From: Eledone cirrhosa
Taxonomy: Eukaryota
Assembly: GCA_964016885.1 (NCBI GenBank)
Contig: OZ024740.1
Span: 126,852,001 to 126,916,000, forward strand
Length of the DNA: 64,000 nucleotides
Direction: 5' to 3'
This document shows, one piece after another, positions 1-12,501 of the stretch. The notes beneath the pieces are model-generated. The model saw nothing but the letters and a program-made list of their open reading frames with translations, ran no database searches and was not told the DNA's origin. Each line of letters begins with the position of its first letter. Within the stretch, counting starts at the first letter, position 1. Made by a program: the position numbers and the translations under genes.

Positions 1-2
1 TT

Positions 3-1586
3 ACACATGCTAGACTAACACTTATTGAATTTCAGAATGAATACTGGACCAGAAACACATATAGTAATCTATTTGATATTACTATGGGTTCAAGCGATTC
101 CGCCCAAATTACTGATCTTGTGGGCCTCTTTCTCCTTTTCAACATAAATGCCTCCTTTCCCCACCTCAAAGGTGGTTTATATCGTGATGACTGTCTTCTT
201 CTTTCTAACAACCTTAGCCTTTCAGAAATTGAAAAAAACAAAAAACATATTAGAACTTTCCTTAAAGACTATTATAATCTTCATATTACTTTTGAAAAAA
301 CAAGTAAAGTAGTAAATTTCCTAGATATAACTTTAGATTTAGCTACGGGTATCTACCAACCTTACCATAAACCAAACCAAAACTTACATTACATACACTC
401 ACAATCTAATCACCCTAAATCTATCCTTAAAAACCTTGCATATAATATATCACTTAGAATTTCTAACCTTTCTTCTAACCAAGATGTATTTGATAAAAAT
501 GCGACCTTCTATAACGAAGCTCTAGATAGAAGTGGCCACAAAAATAGATTAGAATATATACCTTCTACTAAAAATACTAAAAGCATACAACCTAATATTA
601 CCAACAAACACCAAATGAAAAGTACACACCTAAATGCCACCCACACTATACCCCAAAATACCAAATCTTCTAATATAAAATATAGTAACTCTCAAAAAAC
701 TACTCATCATACAACTCTAATAAATATTAATAATAAAACTCCTAATAAAAAAGATAAAACACCTAAATCTACAAATATAACTAAAAATGGTTGTGGTGAG
801 ATCATTAACATTAATCCTCCTAGTAAACATCACGATACAACCTATAAAAATAATAAAAATAATAAACAACATAGAAACCGTAATAGACGGGTTACTTGGT
901 ATAATGCTCCATTTAATTTACAAATTAAGGATAATATTGCTAAAAAATTTTTTTATATCCTAGAGAAAAACTTCCCGCCAAACCACAAATACTATCAAAT
1001 CTTAAATAGGTCTACAGTTAAATTCTCATACTCAACAACAAATAACATAAAACAAAATATAAGTGCCTATAATGCATATAAATGTAAGAAAACCATAAGT
1101 ATACCACCAGTACATCAAATTAACCATAATATCTCCTCAAATACAGAATTAACGAAAGGTTGTAACTGTAGAAACAAAGCAAACTGCCCATTAAAAGGGA
1201 ATTGTCTTCTTAACAACATAGTCTATAAATGTAATGTTAAAACTAAAGATTCTATTTGCTCATATATAGGAGCTACCTCTAACAATTTTAAGACAAGGTT
1301 TAATACCCACAAGCATAGTTTTAAAAATGCCGCACTGGCTAATACAACATCTCTAGCAGAAAAAATCAATAGTTATAAAAATAAGAATATAGAATATGAT
1401 TTGACCTGGAGTGTGCTCAAAAGAGCCACCCCTTATCAAAATAATAGAAATGAATGTAGATTATGTTCCCAAGAACTATTTGAAATAATGAAATCTAAGG
1501 ATATCCTATTAAATAAACGACAGGAATTAATTATATCGTGTAATCATAAACTAAAAAAAACATTTAAATATTATAAACCTAATTAA
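3..1586 (+). CDS. PLE polyprotein, partial: RT C-terminal half plus GIY-YIG endonuclease
   Basis: FDITMGSSDSAQITDLVG, GLYRDD, FLDITL, WYNAPF, CNCRNKANC, IVYKC...SYIGAT...RFNTH, CRLC, LNKRQE...CNH. The frame is open from position 3. Confidence 0.93.
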   Translation, partial: THARLTLIEFQNEYWTRNTYSNLFDITMGSSDSAQITDLVGLFLLFNINASFPHLKGGLYRDDCLLLSNNLSLSEIEKNKKHIRTFLKDYYNLHITFEKTSKVVNFLDITLDLATGIYQPYHKPNQNLHYIHSQSNHPKSILKNLAYNISLRISNLSSNQDVFDKNATFYNEALDRSGHKNRLEYIPSTKNTKSIQPNITNKHQMKSTHLNATHTIPQNTKSSNIKYSNSQKTTHHTTLININNKTPNKKDKTPKSTNITKNGCGEIININPPSKHHDTTYKNNKNNKQHRNRNRRVTWYNAPFNLQIKDNIAKKFFYILEKNFPPNHKYYQILNRSTVKFSYSTTNNIKQNISAYNAYKCKKTISIPPVHQINHNISSNTELTKGCNCRNKANCPLKGNCLLNNIVYKCNVKTKDSICSYIGATSNNFKTRFNTHKHSFKNAALANTTSLAEKINSYKNKNIEYDLTWSVLKRATPYQNNRNECRLCSQELFEIMKSKDILLNKRQELIISCNHKLKKTFKYYKPN

Positions 1587-2078
1587 TAACATTATTTTAG
1601 AAATTAATTTAATTTAAATGTTAGTTAACCTATAAATTTAATTTAATTAAAATTCTACTACAGATGAGAATATAAAATATTGTGTAATCATAAATTGTGA
1701 AAAACCTTTAAATATTACTAATATATACTTAGTAATTTAATTTATAGATTAATTTTAATTTATTTAAACCTTTTATTAAAATTCCTTTACAGATAAAATA
1801 TAACAAAATATCGTGTATCCAATGACAGAGAAATAATTTTTAGTATTATAGACCTAATTAATATACATTTTAGAAATATATTTATAATTTGGTTTTAAAT
1901 TTAGTCAACCTAAAAATTTAATTTAATTGGCTTAAAATTAGTATCCTTATACAGACGGATTGCAGAGTGTCATGTAATCATAGAATGGGATGTGTTTTGG
2001 ATGTATACCTAGTTAATATATTCTTTGCAATTTTTGAAAAAATATGTATATGTATGTATGTATATGTATGTGTATGTA

Positions 2079-2167
<89 letters not shown>

Positions 2168-2560
2168 ATGTATATGTATATGTATATGTATTAATTTTGA
2201 TTTCTATTTGCATATAATTATATTCTGCTATTGATAAAATACAATATCTGTTTTATTTATTATATACCTAATTAACATATACTATAGAAATTAATATATA
2301 ATTTTTAATTTAGTTAACCTATAATTTATATTCTACTACCGATGTAATACTTTATTTGTTTTTTCCCTATTACTAAATTCATTTCCTAATATTGATACCA
2401 TAACGTTAATAACTTTAATTTAGTTATACTATAATTAATACTCTACTACTATTTAACTTCAAAATTCTGCTTCAAATATTATAAACCTAACTAATTTACA
2501 CCTTAGAAATCAATATGTTAACTATCTTTAGTTTAGTTAACATATAATTAATGGTATACT
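1535..2560 (+). repeat. Diverged ~135-bp tandem subrepeats derived from the last codons of the ORF
   Basis: Variants of TATCGTGTAATCATA...TATTATAAACCTAATTAAT...TTAGTTAACCTATAA recur near 1535, 1678, 1809, 1968, 2255 and 2475. The same array is present in the second copy. Confidence 0.7.
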
Positions 2561-2839
2561 TATTTTGAAATGCATAATTTTGCCTTATTTCTTGTATTTC
2601 CTAACACTGAAACTATGTAAAAACATATATTGGGATCCAGATACAGATAATATTCTATGTTTCTTGAAACATATATTTACTATAATCCCCTTCTCCAACC
2701 CCCCCTTTCCCCCATACTATTATCATCTGTGTTTGTAAGCGTGTATGTATGAATATATATGTAGGTAGGTGTATATATGTTTGGGTATTTATATCTGAAT
2801 ATAAAAATACATATATGCGCATGCAAATAAGAATGTAAG

Positions 2840-3160
2840 ATTGTGTGTATATATATGTGTGTATATATATATATATGTGTATATATGCATGTGTATATAT
2901 ATGTGTATATGTATATATATATATATATGTATACGTGTATATGTGTGTGGGCGTGTATGTGTGTGTGTATATATATATATATATATGTGTGTATGTATGT
3001 GTATATATATATGTGTATATATATGTATGTCTCTCTATATATATGTCTATCTTCGTATCTATGTGGGTATATGTGTGTATGTACATGTATGCACATGTAT
3101 ATGTTTATGTGTATATGTGTGTATGTGTATATATGTACGTGTGCGCACATATATATGTGA

Positions 3161-3196
<36 letters not shown>

Positions 3197-3229
3197 GTAT
3201 ATCTATGTGTGTATATATGTCTATATTCG

Positions 3230-3260
<31 letters not shown>

Positions 3261-3815
3261 TATTTATTATTATAATATAACTTATGTGTATGTGTGTATA
3301 TGTGAGGGTGTGTATATGTATATATATGTATATATATATGTAAAAATATATATGTGTATGTGTGTTTTTTGTGTGTGTGTGTATATATATGTATGTATAT
3401 ATGTGTGTATGTGTGTGTTTGTATGTGTGTTTATGGTTATATGTGTGTGTGGGTGTATATATATAAATGTATGTGTATATATATATATATGTGTGTATAT
3501 GTATCTCTATTAATGTGTGTATATATGTATATGTATATACCTTTTTCTTTGTATGTCTGAGTTGTGTGAGAGTGTAGTGGTGTTTGTATGTATATACGCA
3601 TATATGGATGCGTATGTATTTGTATATATGAGTATATGTAAGTGCGTATGTATGTATGAATATATATCTATGTCTATGTATGAGTATATATGTGTGTGTA
3701 TGTATGTTGTGTGTGTATGTATGTATGTGTCTATGTGTGTATGTATATATATATGTGTGTATATGTATGTATGTATGTGTATGTATGTACATATATGTCT
3801 ATGTATATGTGTATG

Positions 3816-3850
<35 letters not shown>

Positions 3851-4285
3851 TTATTTTTTATATATGTGTGTGTGTGTATGTGTGTGTGTGTATATATATC
3901 TTTATATATGTGTATGTGTATGTTCGTGTAGGTGTATGTGTGTGTATGACTATATATGTATGTGTGTATGTGTGTATGTATGTATATGTATGTGTGTGTA
4001 CATGTATGTATGTGTATGTGTATATATATGTGTGTATATGTGTATGTATATATATATATATATATATGTGTATATATATATATATATGTATATGTATCTC
4101 TATTTGTATGTGTATATGTGTATAGGTATATACCTTTTTCTTTGTATGTCTGAGTTGTGTGAGAGTGTAGTGGTGTTTGTATGTATATACCGATATATGG
4201 ATGCGTAAGTATTTGTGTGTATGTATATGTGCGTGTATGTGTATATATATGTGTGTCTATATATGTATGTGTGATTATATGTGTA

Positions 4286-4326
<41 letters not shown>

Positions 4327-4408
4327 GTATGTGTGTATATGTGTGCATGTGTGTATATGTATATGTTTATATATGTGTGTGTATGTGTGTTCTAAGTGTA
4401 GATGTGTG

Positions 4409-4480
<72 letters not shown>
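2840..4480. repeat. Compound (TA)/(TG)/(TATG) low-complexity tract inside the family A 3' UTR
   Basis: Interrupted microsatellite reproduced at ~9290-10960, with an internal ~120-bp duplication (about 3497-3617 vs 4091-4207). Confidence 0.9.
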
Positions 4481-4481
<1 letters not shown>

Positions 4482-5120
4482 TTTCTTGATATATTTCTTT
4501 TTTCTTTTTTCTTTTTCTTTTTCTTTTTCTTTTTCTTTTCTTTCCTTTTTAATTTTTATTTTTTATTTCTTAGTTTATAGATACATCTATAAATAAGCAG
4601 TCTGCCCAAACCGTTGAATACTGACCTCTCCCCCCCTCCCACCTAATTTCTGTATCTTGATCTAAATGTGTGTGGCAGTGTTTATGTGAGTGAATTAATA
4701 TCCATGTGCTTATGATAATATTATATCCACATATATATATGTGTGTGGGGGTGTGTGTGTGTATGTATGTTCGTAATTATGTGTATGTTTATGCATATAC
4801 GCGCGCGTGTGTGTGAGTGTACGGATATGTGTGAGTATGAGAATATGTGTATACACTTATTTCATATTTATGTGTCTATACGCATCTTATCTGTGCATTA
4901 TAAACTTACAGAGACATTAACCTTGAAATTTTGTATTTGCATGCATCTTTTTGGCATGCGTATGCATGTTGAGCATACATCTTTGTATAAATATGTGTAC
5001 GGGGTAGTTACATGTATATACACACACCAAACTGCATAAAACCTTTTGTATTTTCATTGGTCAATTTTGTTCCCAAACGGACCTGAAATTTTGAATTGTT
5101 GTTATTATCAATAAATATAT

Positions 5121-5275
5121 TTCATTATTTCTGAAGACGGCGTATATGTGTGTTTGGTATGTATATTTAATCTTGATAGTTTGTATAATTTTGTATAATT
5201 TTGTACATAGATCTGTTGAATATGCATGCCAATTCTAACACATATATATCCTAGAAACGATCGTTAAATAATGAA
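5121..5275 (+). ncRNA. Type I hammerhead ribozyme, long stem II variant (family A)
   Basis: Stem I TTCATTATTT/AAATAATGAA (10 bp), CTGAAGA 5131-5137, 116-nt stem II, GAAA 5254-5257, palindromic CGATCG, predicted GUU cleavage after 5265. Confidence 0.85.
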
Positions 5276-5625
5276 CTTTTTTTGTTTAATATAAGGAACT
5301 GTTTCATTGTTTTATTCATTATTTGTTTAATATTTTATCTTGACTCTGTATACCGTTTATCTTTCACCGAAAGTGATTTTTCATTACATCTCTTCTTTCC
5401 ATGATATCCGGAATACATTGAGTTCTTCATACGGATTGGACACTACCGTAAACTCTTGGTAGATTTATCTACATAATTTTGCTCCTATTTTCACGGAAAT
5501 ATTCGTATTTTTGTACTGTATGTGTGTATTAATTTTATATTTATGTATATACATATATATGTATGATTTTATAAACCCATATACATTTAGTTGAGCTCTT
5601 TCAATTGTCCATCATCCATATCACA

Positions 5626-8068
5626 ATGGAAAAACAATATTTGGGAACCTCTTTAAAAAACATACCAATACCTTCTAAGGATGACTTCTTACTCCTTATG
5701 ATTCAAAAAACTAATAATTTTATCAGAAGGGTTAGATGGAGAGCCTACCACTTCGATAAAAAATCTAAACAAGCAGATCGGAAATATATGTATGATTTCA
5801 ATACTTACAAGAATCCACCACACAACTTTTTACTTGAAGACTTCGAGAAAGACCTTTTTAATTTAATTAAACACCTCAAATTTAAAAAGTATAAATCCGT
5901 CTTTCAAAAGGACCTTGATTCTACCCTATTGGACCTAAAAAAGTCTAAAAAAATCCATGTCCACTCGGACAAAACTGGTAACTTGTATCATATGGATATT
6001 GAACATTATAATGAGTTCATATATAAAGAACTCAGAAAAAATTATAAAAAATCTAATAATGCGTCACTCACCAACATCAACAACAAAACACACAACATAG
6101 TAAAAAAAACTAAACATTGAAGATAGAACTGAACCTTTGGCATTGAAAAGACCACACTTCAACCTGAAGGATCATAAATCAAACTTTAACTCAAATCCTT
6201 CTATTAGACTTATATGTCCCTCCAAATCAGATATTGGAATAATTAGCAAAAAAATTTTGGATAGAGTCATCCCACAAATAAGAAAACACGTTATTTTACC
6301 ACTCTGGGAAAACACCTCCCAGGTAATTAACTGGTTTAAAAATATTAGATGTAAATCTTCTGCTTCATTTCTACAATTTGATATAGATAATTACTATTCT
6401 TCTATATCACCTATACTCCTGAACAAAGCATTGATATTTGCTAAAAATAGATCTAACTTAACTTTGGATGACATTAATATTATTACACATGCTAGACTAA
6501 CACTTATTGAATTTCAGAATGAATACTGGACCAGAAACACATATAGTAATCTATTTGATATTACTATGGGTTCAAGCGATTCCGCCCAAATTACTGATCT
6601 TGTGGGCCTCTTTCTCCTTTTCAACATAAATGCCTCCTTTCCCCACCTCAAAGGTGGTTTATATCGTGATGACTGTCTTCTTCTTTCTAACAACCTTAGC
6701 CTTTCAGAAATTGAAAAAAACAAAAAACATATTAGAACTTTCCTTAAAGACTATTATAATCTTCATATTACATTTGAAAAAACAAGTAAAGTAGTAAATT
6801 TCCTAGATATAACTTTAGATTTAGCTACGGGTATCTACCAACCTTACCATAAACCAAACCAAAACTTACATTACATACACTCACAATCTAATCACCCTAA
6901 ATCTATCCTTAAAAACCTTGCATATAATATATCACTTAGAATTTCTAACCTTTCTTCTAACCAAGATGTATTTCATAAAAATGCGACCTTCTATAACGAA
7001 GCTCTAGATAGAAGTGGCCACAAAAATAGATTAGAATATATACCTTCTACTAAAAATACTAAAAGCATACAACCTAATATTACCAACAAACACCAAATGA
7101 AAAGTACACACCTAAATGCCACCCACACTATACCCCAAAATACCAAATCTTCTAATATAAAATATAGTAACTCTCAAAAAACTACTCATCATACAACTCT
7201 AATAAATATTAATAATAAAACTCCTAATAAAAAAGATAAAACACCTAAATCTACAAATATAACTAAAAATGGTTGTGGTGAGATCATTAACATTAATCCT
7301 CCTAGTAAACATCACGATACAACCTATAAAAATAATAAAAATAATAAACAACATAGAAACCGTAATAGACGGGTTACTTGGTATAATGCTCCATTTAATT
7401 TACAAATTAAGGATAATATTGCTAAAAAATTTTTTTATATCCTAGAGAAAAACTTCCCGCCAAACCACAAATACCATCAAATCTTAAATAGGTCTACAGT
7501 TAAATTCTCATACTCAACAACAAATAACATAAAACAAAATATAAGTGCCTATAATGCATATAAATGTAAGAAAACCATAAGTATACCACCAGTACATCAA
7601 ATTAACCATAATATCTCCTCAAATACAGAATTAACGAAAGGTTGTAACTGTAGAAACAAAGCAAACTGCCCATTAAAAGGGAATTGTCTTCTTAACAACA
7701 TAGTCTATAAATGTAATGTTAAAACTAAAGATTCTATTTGCTCATATATAGGAGCTACCTCTAACAATTTTAAGACAAGGTTTAATACCCACAAGCATAG
7801 TTTTAAAAATGCCGCACTGGCTAATACAACATCTCTAGCAGAAAAAATCAATAGTTATAAAAATAAGAATATAGAATATGATTTGACCTGGAGTGTGCTC
7901 AAAAGAGCCACCCCTTATCAAAATAATAGAAATGAATGTAGATTATGTTCCCAAGAACTATTTGAAATAATGAAATCTAAGGATATCCTATTAAATAAAC
8001 GACAGGAATTAATTATATCGTGTAATCATATACTAAAAAAAACATTTAAATATTATAAACCTAATTAA
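5626..8068 (+). CDS. Full-length PLE RT/GIY-YIG polyprotein, split by one extra A in the A8 run at 6102-6109
   Basis: ATG at 5626 (MEKQYLGTSLKNIPIPS...RRVRWRA). Removing one A fuses the 171-aa and 643-aa ORFs (IVKKLNIEDRTEPLALKRPHF). RT motifs LKDHK, IRLICP, QFDIDNYYSSI and YRDD. Confidence 0.9.
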
Positions 8069-8560
8069 TAACATTATTTTAGAAATTAATTTAATTTAAA
8101 TGTTAGTTAACCTATAAATTTAATTTAATTAAAATTCTACTACAGATGAGAATATAAAATATTGTGTAATCATAAATTGTGAAAAACCTTTAAATATTAC
8201 TAATATATACTTAGTAATTTAATTTATAGATTAATTTTAATTTATTTAAACCTTTTATTAAAATTCCTTTGCAGATAAAATATAACAAAATATCGTGTAT
8301 CCAATGACAGAGAAATAATTTTTAGTATTATAGACCTAATTAATATACATTTTAGAAATATATTTATAATTTGGTTTTAAATTTAGTCAACCTAAAAATT
8401 TAATTTAATTGGCTTAAAATTAGTATCCTTATACAGACGCATTGCAGAGTGTCATGTAATCATAGAATGGGATGTGTTTTGGATGTATACCTAGTTAATA
8501 TATTCTTTGCAATTTTTGAAAAAATATGTATATGTATGTATGTATATGTATGTGTATGTA

Positions 8561-8611
<51 letters not shown>

Positions 8612-9606
8612 ATGTATATGTATATGTATATGTATTAATTTTGATTTCTATTTGCATATAATTATATTCTGCTATTGATAAAATACAATATCTGTTTTAT
8701 TTATTATATACCTAATTAACATATACTATAGAAATTAATATATAATTTTTAATTTAGTTAACCTATAATTTATATTCTACTACCAATGTAATACTTTATT
8801 TGTTTTTTCCCTATTACTAAATTCATTTCCTAATATTGATACCATAACGTTAATAACTTTAATTTAGTTATACTATAATTAATACTCTACTACTATTTAA
8901 CTTCAAAATTCTGCTTCAAATATTATAAACCTAACTAATTTACACCTTAGAAATCAATATGTTAACTATCTTTAGTTTAGTTAACATATAATTAATGGTA
9001 TACTTATTTTGAAATGCATAATTTTGCCTTATTTCTTGTATTTCCTAACACTGAAACTATGTAAAAACATATATTGGGATCCAGATACAGATAATATTCT
9101 ATGTTTCTTGAAACATATATTTACTATAATCCCCTTCTCCAACCCCCCCCCCCTTTCCCCCATACTATTATCATCTGTGTTTGTAAGCGTGTATGTATGA
9201 ATATATATGTAGGTAGGTGTATATATGTTTGGGTATTTATATCTGAATATAAAAATACATATATGCGCATGCAAATAAGAATGTAAGATTGTGTGTATAT
9301 ATATGTGTGTATATATATATATATGTGTATATATGCATGTGTATATATATGTGTATATGTATATATATATATGTGTATACGTGTATATGTGTGTGGGCGT
9401 GTATGTGTGTGTGTATATATATATATATATATGTGTGTATGTATGTGTATATATATATGTGTATATATATGTATGTCTCTCTATATATATGTCTATCTTC
9501 GTATCTATGTGGGTATATGTGTGTATGTACATGTATGCACATGTATATGTTTATGTGTATATGTGTGTATGTGTATATATGTACGTGTGCGCACATATAT
9601 ATGTGA

Positions 9607-9642
<36 letters not shown>

Positions 9643-10261
9643 GTATATCTATGTGTGTATATATGTCTATATTCGTATGTGTATATATATATATATATAT
9701 ATATTATTTATTATTATAATATAACTTATGTGTATGTGTGTATATGTGAGGGTGTGTATATGTATATGTATGTATATATATATGTAAAAATATATATGTG
9801 TATGTGTGTTTTGTGTGTGTGTGTATATATATGTATGTATATATGTGTGTATGTGTGTGTTTGTATGTGTGTTTATGGTTATATGTGTGTGTGGGTGTAT
9901 ATATATAAATGTATGTGTATATATATATATATATGTGTATATGTATCTCTATTAATGTGTGTATATATGTATATGTATATACCTTTTTCTTTGTATGTCT
10001 GAGTTGTGTGAGAGTGTAGTGGTGTTTGTATGTATATACGCATATATGGATGCGTATGTATTTGTATATATGAGTATATGTAAGTGCGTATGTATGTATG
10101 AATATATATCTATGTCTATGTATGAGTATATATGTGTGTGTATGTATGTTGTGTGTGTATGTATGTATGTGTCTATGTGTGTATGTATATATATATATAT
10201 GTGTGTATATGTATGTATGTATGTGTATGTATGTACATATATGTCTATGTATATGTGTATG

Positions 10262-10310
<49 letters not shown>

Positions 10311-10759
10311 TTATTTTATATATATGTGTGTGTGTGTATGACTATATATGTATGTGTGTATGTGTGTATGTATGTATATGTATGTGTGTGTACATGTATG
10401 TATGTGTATGTGTATATATATGTGTGTATATGTGTATGTATATATATATATATATATGTGTATATATATATATATATGTATATGTATCTCTATTTGTATG
10501 TGTATATGTGTATAGGTATATACCTTTTTCTTTGTATGTCTGAGTTGTGTGAGAGTGTAGTGGTGTTTGTATGTATATACCGATATATGGATGCGTAAGT
10601 ATTTGTGTGTATGTATGTATGTATGTCTGTATGTATCTGTGTGTATATATAGGTATGTATGTGTATATCTGTATGTATATAAGTATGTATGTGTATGTAT
10701 ATGTGCGTGTATGTGTATATATATGTGTGTCTATATATGTATGTGTGATTATATGTGTA

Positions 10760-10790
<31 letters not shown>

Positions 10791-10878
10791 TTATATGTAT
10801 GTGTGTATATGTGTGTATGTGTGTATATGTATATGTTTATATATGTGTGTGTATGTGTGTTCTAAGTGTAGATGTGTG

Positions 10879-10961
<83 letters not shown>

Positions 10962-11588
10962 TTTCTTGATATATCTCTTTTCTCTTTTTTCTTTTTCTTT
11001 TTCTTTTCTTTCCTTTTTAATTTTTATTTTTTATTTCTTAGTTTATAGATACATCTATAAATAAGCAGTCTGCCCAAACCGTTGAATACTGACCTCTCCC
11101 CCCCTCCCACCTAATTTCTGTATCTTGATCTAAATGTGTGTGGCAGTGTTTATGTGAGTGAATTAATATCCATGTGCTTATGATAATATTATATCCACAT
11201 ATATATATGTGTGTGGGGGTGTGTGTGTGTATGTATGTTCGTAATTATGTGTATGTTTATGCATATACGCGCGCGTGTGTGTGAGTGTACGGATATGTGT
11301 GAGTATGAGAATATGTGTATACACTTATTTCATATTTATGTGTTTATACGCATCTTATCTGTGCATTATAAACTTACAGAGACATTAACCTTGAAATTTT
11401 GTATTTGCATGCATCTTTTTGGCATGCGTATGCATGTTGAGCATACATCTTTGTATAAATATGTGTACGGGGTAGTTACATGTATATACACACACCAAAC
11501 TGCATAAAACCTTTTGTATTTTCATTGGTCAATTTTGTTCCCAAACGGACCTGAAATTTTGAATTGTTGTTATTATCAATAAATATAT

Positions 11589-11743
11589 TTCATTATTTCT
11601 GAAGACGGCGTATATGTGTGTTTGGTATGTATATTTAATCTTGATAGTTTGTATAATTTTGTATAATTTTGTACATAGATCTGTTGAATATGCATGCCAA
11701 TTCTAACACATATATATCCTAGAAACGATCGTTAAATAATGAA
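11589..11743 (+). ncRNA. Type I hammerhead ribozyme (family A, second copy)
   Basis: Same sequence as 5121-5275. Core 11599-11605, GAAA 11722-11725. Confidence 0.85.
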
Positions 11744-11940
11744 CTTTTTTTGTTTAATATAAGGAACTGTTTCATTGTTTTATTCATTATTTGTTTAATA
11801 TTTTATCTTGACTCTGTATACCGTTTATCTTTCACCGAAAGTGATTTTTCATTACATCTCTTCTTTCCATGATATCCGGAATACATTGAGTTCTTCATAC
11901 GGATTGGACACTACCGTAAACTCTTGGTAGATTTATCTAC

Positions 11941-11973
<33 letters not shown>

Positions 11974-12045
11974 GATACCATACACGTATAATCACAAACA
12001 AGCGTGGCTGAGCGATTTTACCAAGGCGTGCGCGTGTGTGTGTGT

Positions 12046-12116
<71 letters not shown>

Positions 12117-12123
<7 letters not shown>

Positions 12124-12456
12124 GTGAGGTTTTTTACAAAAGGAAAAATAACCGAGGTGTCCTACACGAGTGAAAGTATAAAGAAAATAAGATGAAATTG
12201 AAAATGCAACTGGAGTCTTATTTAAAAAAATATATATATATTTATTTGGTTCTTTTACCGGTTTCGCAGTTCTTCTGCTTTTCAAAAGTAGAGTTGAGGT
12301 TTTTCTCACATCTCACAGATGTGAGAAAAACCACAGACACTCCATCTGAACTCTACTTTTGAAAAGCAGAAGAACTGCGAAACCGGTAAAGGAACCAAAT
12401 AAATATATATATTTTTAAAGGAAATAAGACTCCAGTTGCATTTTCGATTTCATCTT

Positions 12457-12462
<6 letters not shown>
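12117..12462. mobile_element. Fold-back pseudo-LTR fragment, family B
   Basis: Inverted arms each containing GAAACCGGTAAA(G/A)G (3' half of a hammerhead), flanked by (TA)n. Related copies at 23270, 24350 and 58590. Confidence 0.75.

Positions 12463-12501
<39 letters not shown>

Larger units (their letters stand above)
1..5475 (+). mobile_element. Penelope-like element family A (Hydra-clade-like), upstream tandem copy, cut by the window start
   Basis: Near-identical to 6483-11943 (offset 6482 in the ORF, 6468 at the 3' end). Contains the RT/EN ORF, a long low-complexity 3' UTR and a hammerhead-bearing pseudo-LTR. Confidence 0.95.
5476..11943 (+). mobile_element. Penelope-like element family A, full-length unit
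   Basis: 5' UTR, ORF, 3' UTR and pseudo-LTR ending ...GTAGATTTATCTACATA directly into (TA)n. Confidence 0.95.

Noticed and set aside
1967-4596. Many long YI/VC/TH-repeat ORFs here and at 9-11, 43-44 and 50-53 kb
   Set aside because: They are translations of TA/TG/CA microsatellites that lack stop codons, not proteins.
6118-6120. TGA as selenocysteine readthrough, as in some Naiad PLEs
   Set aside because: The downstream ORF is in a different frame, so the break is a frameshift.
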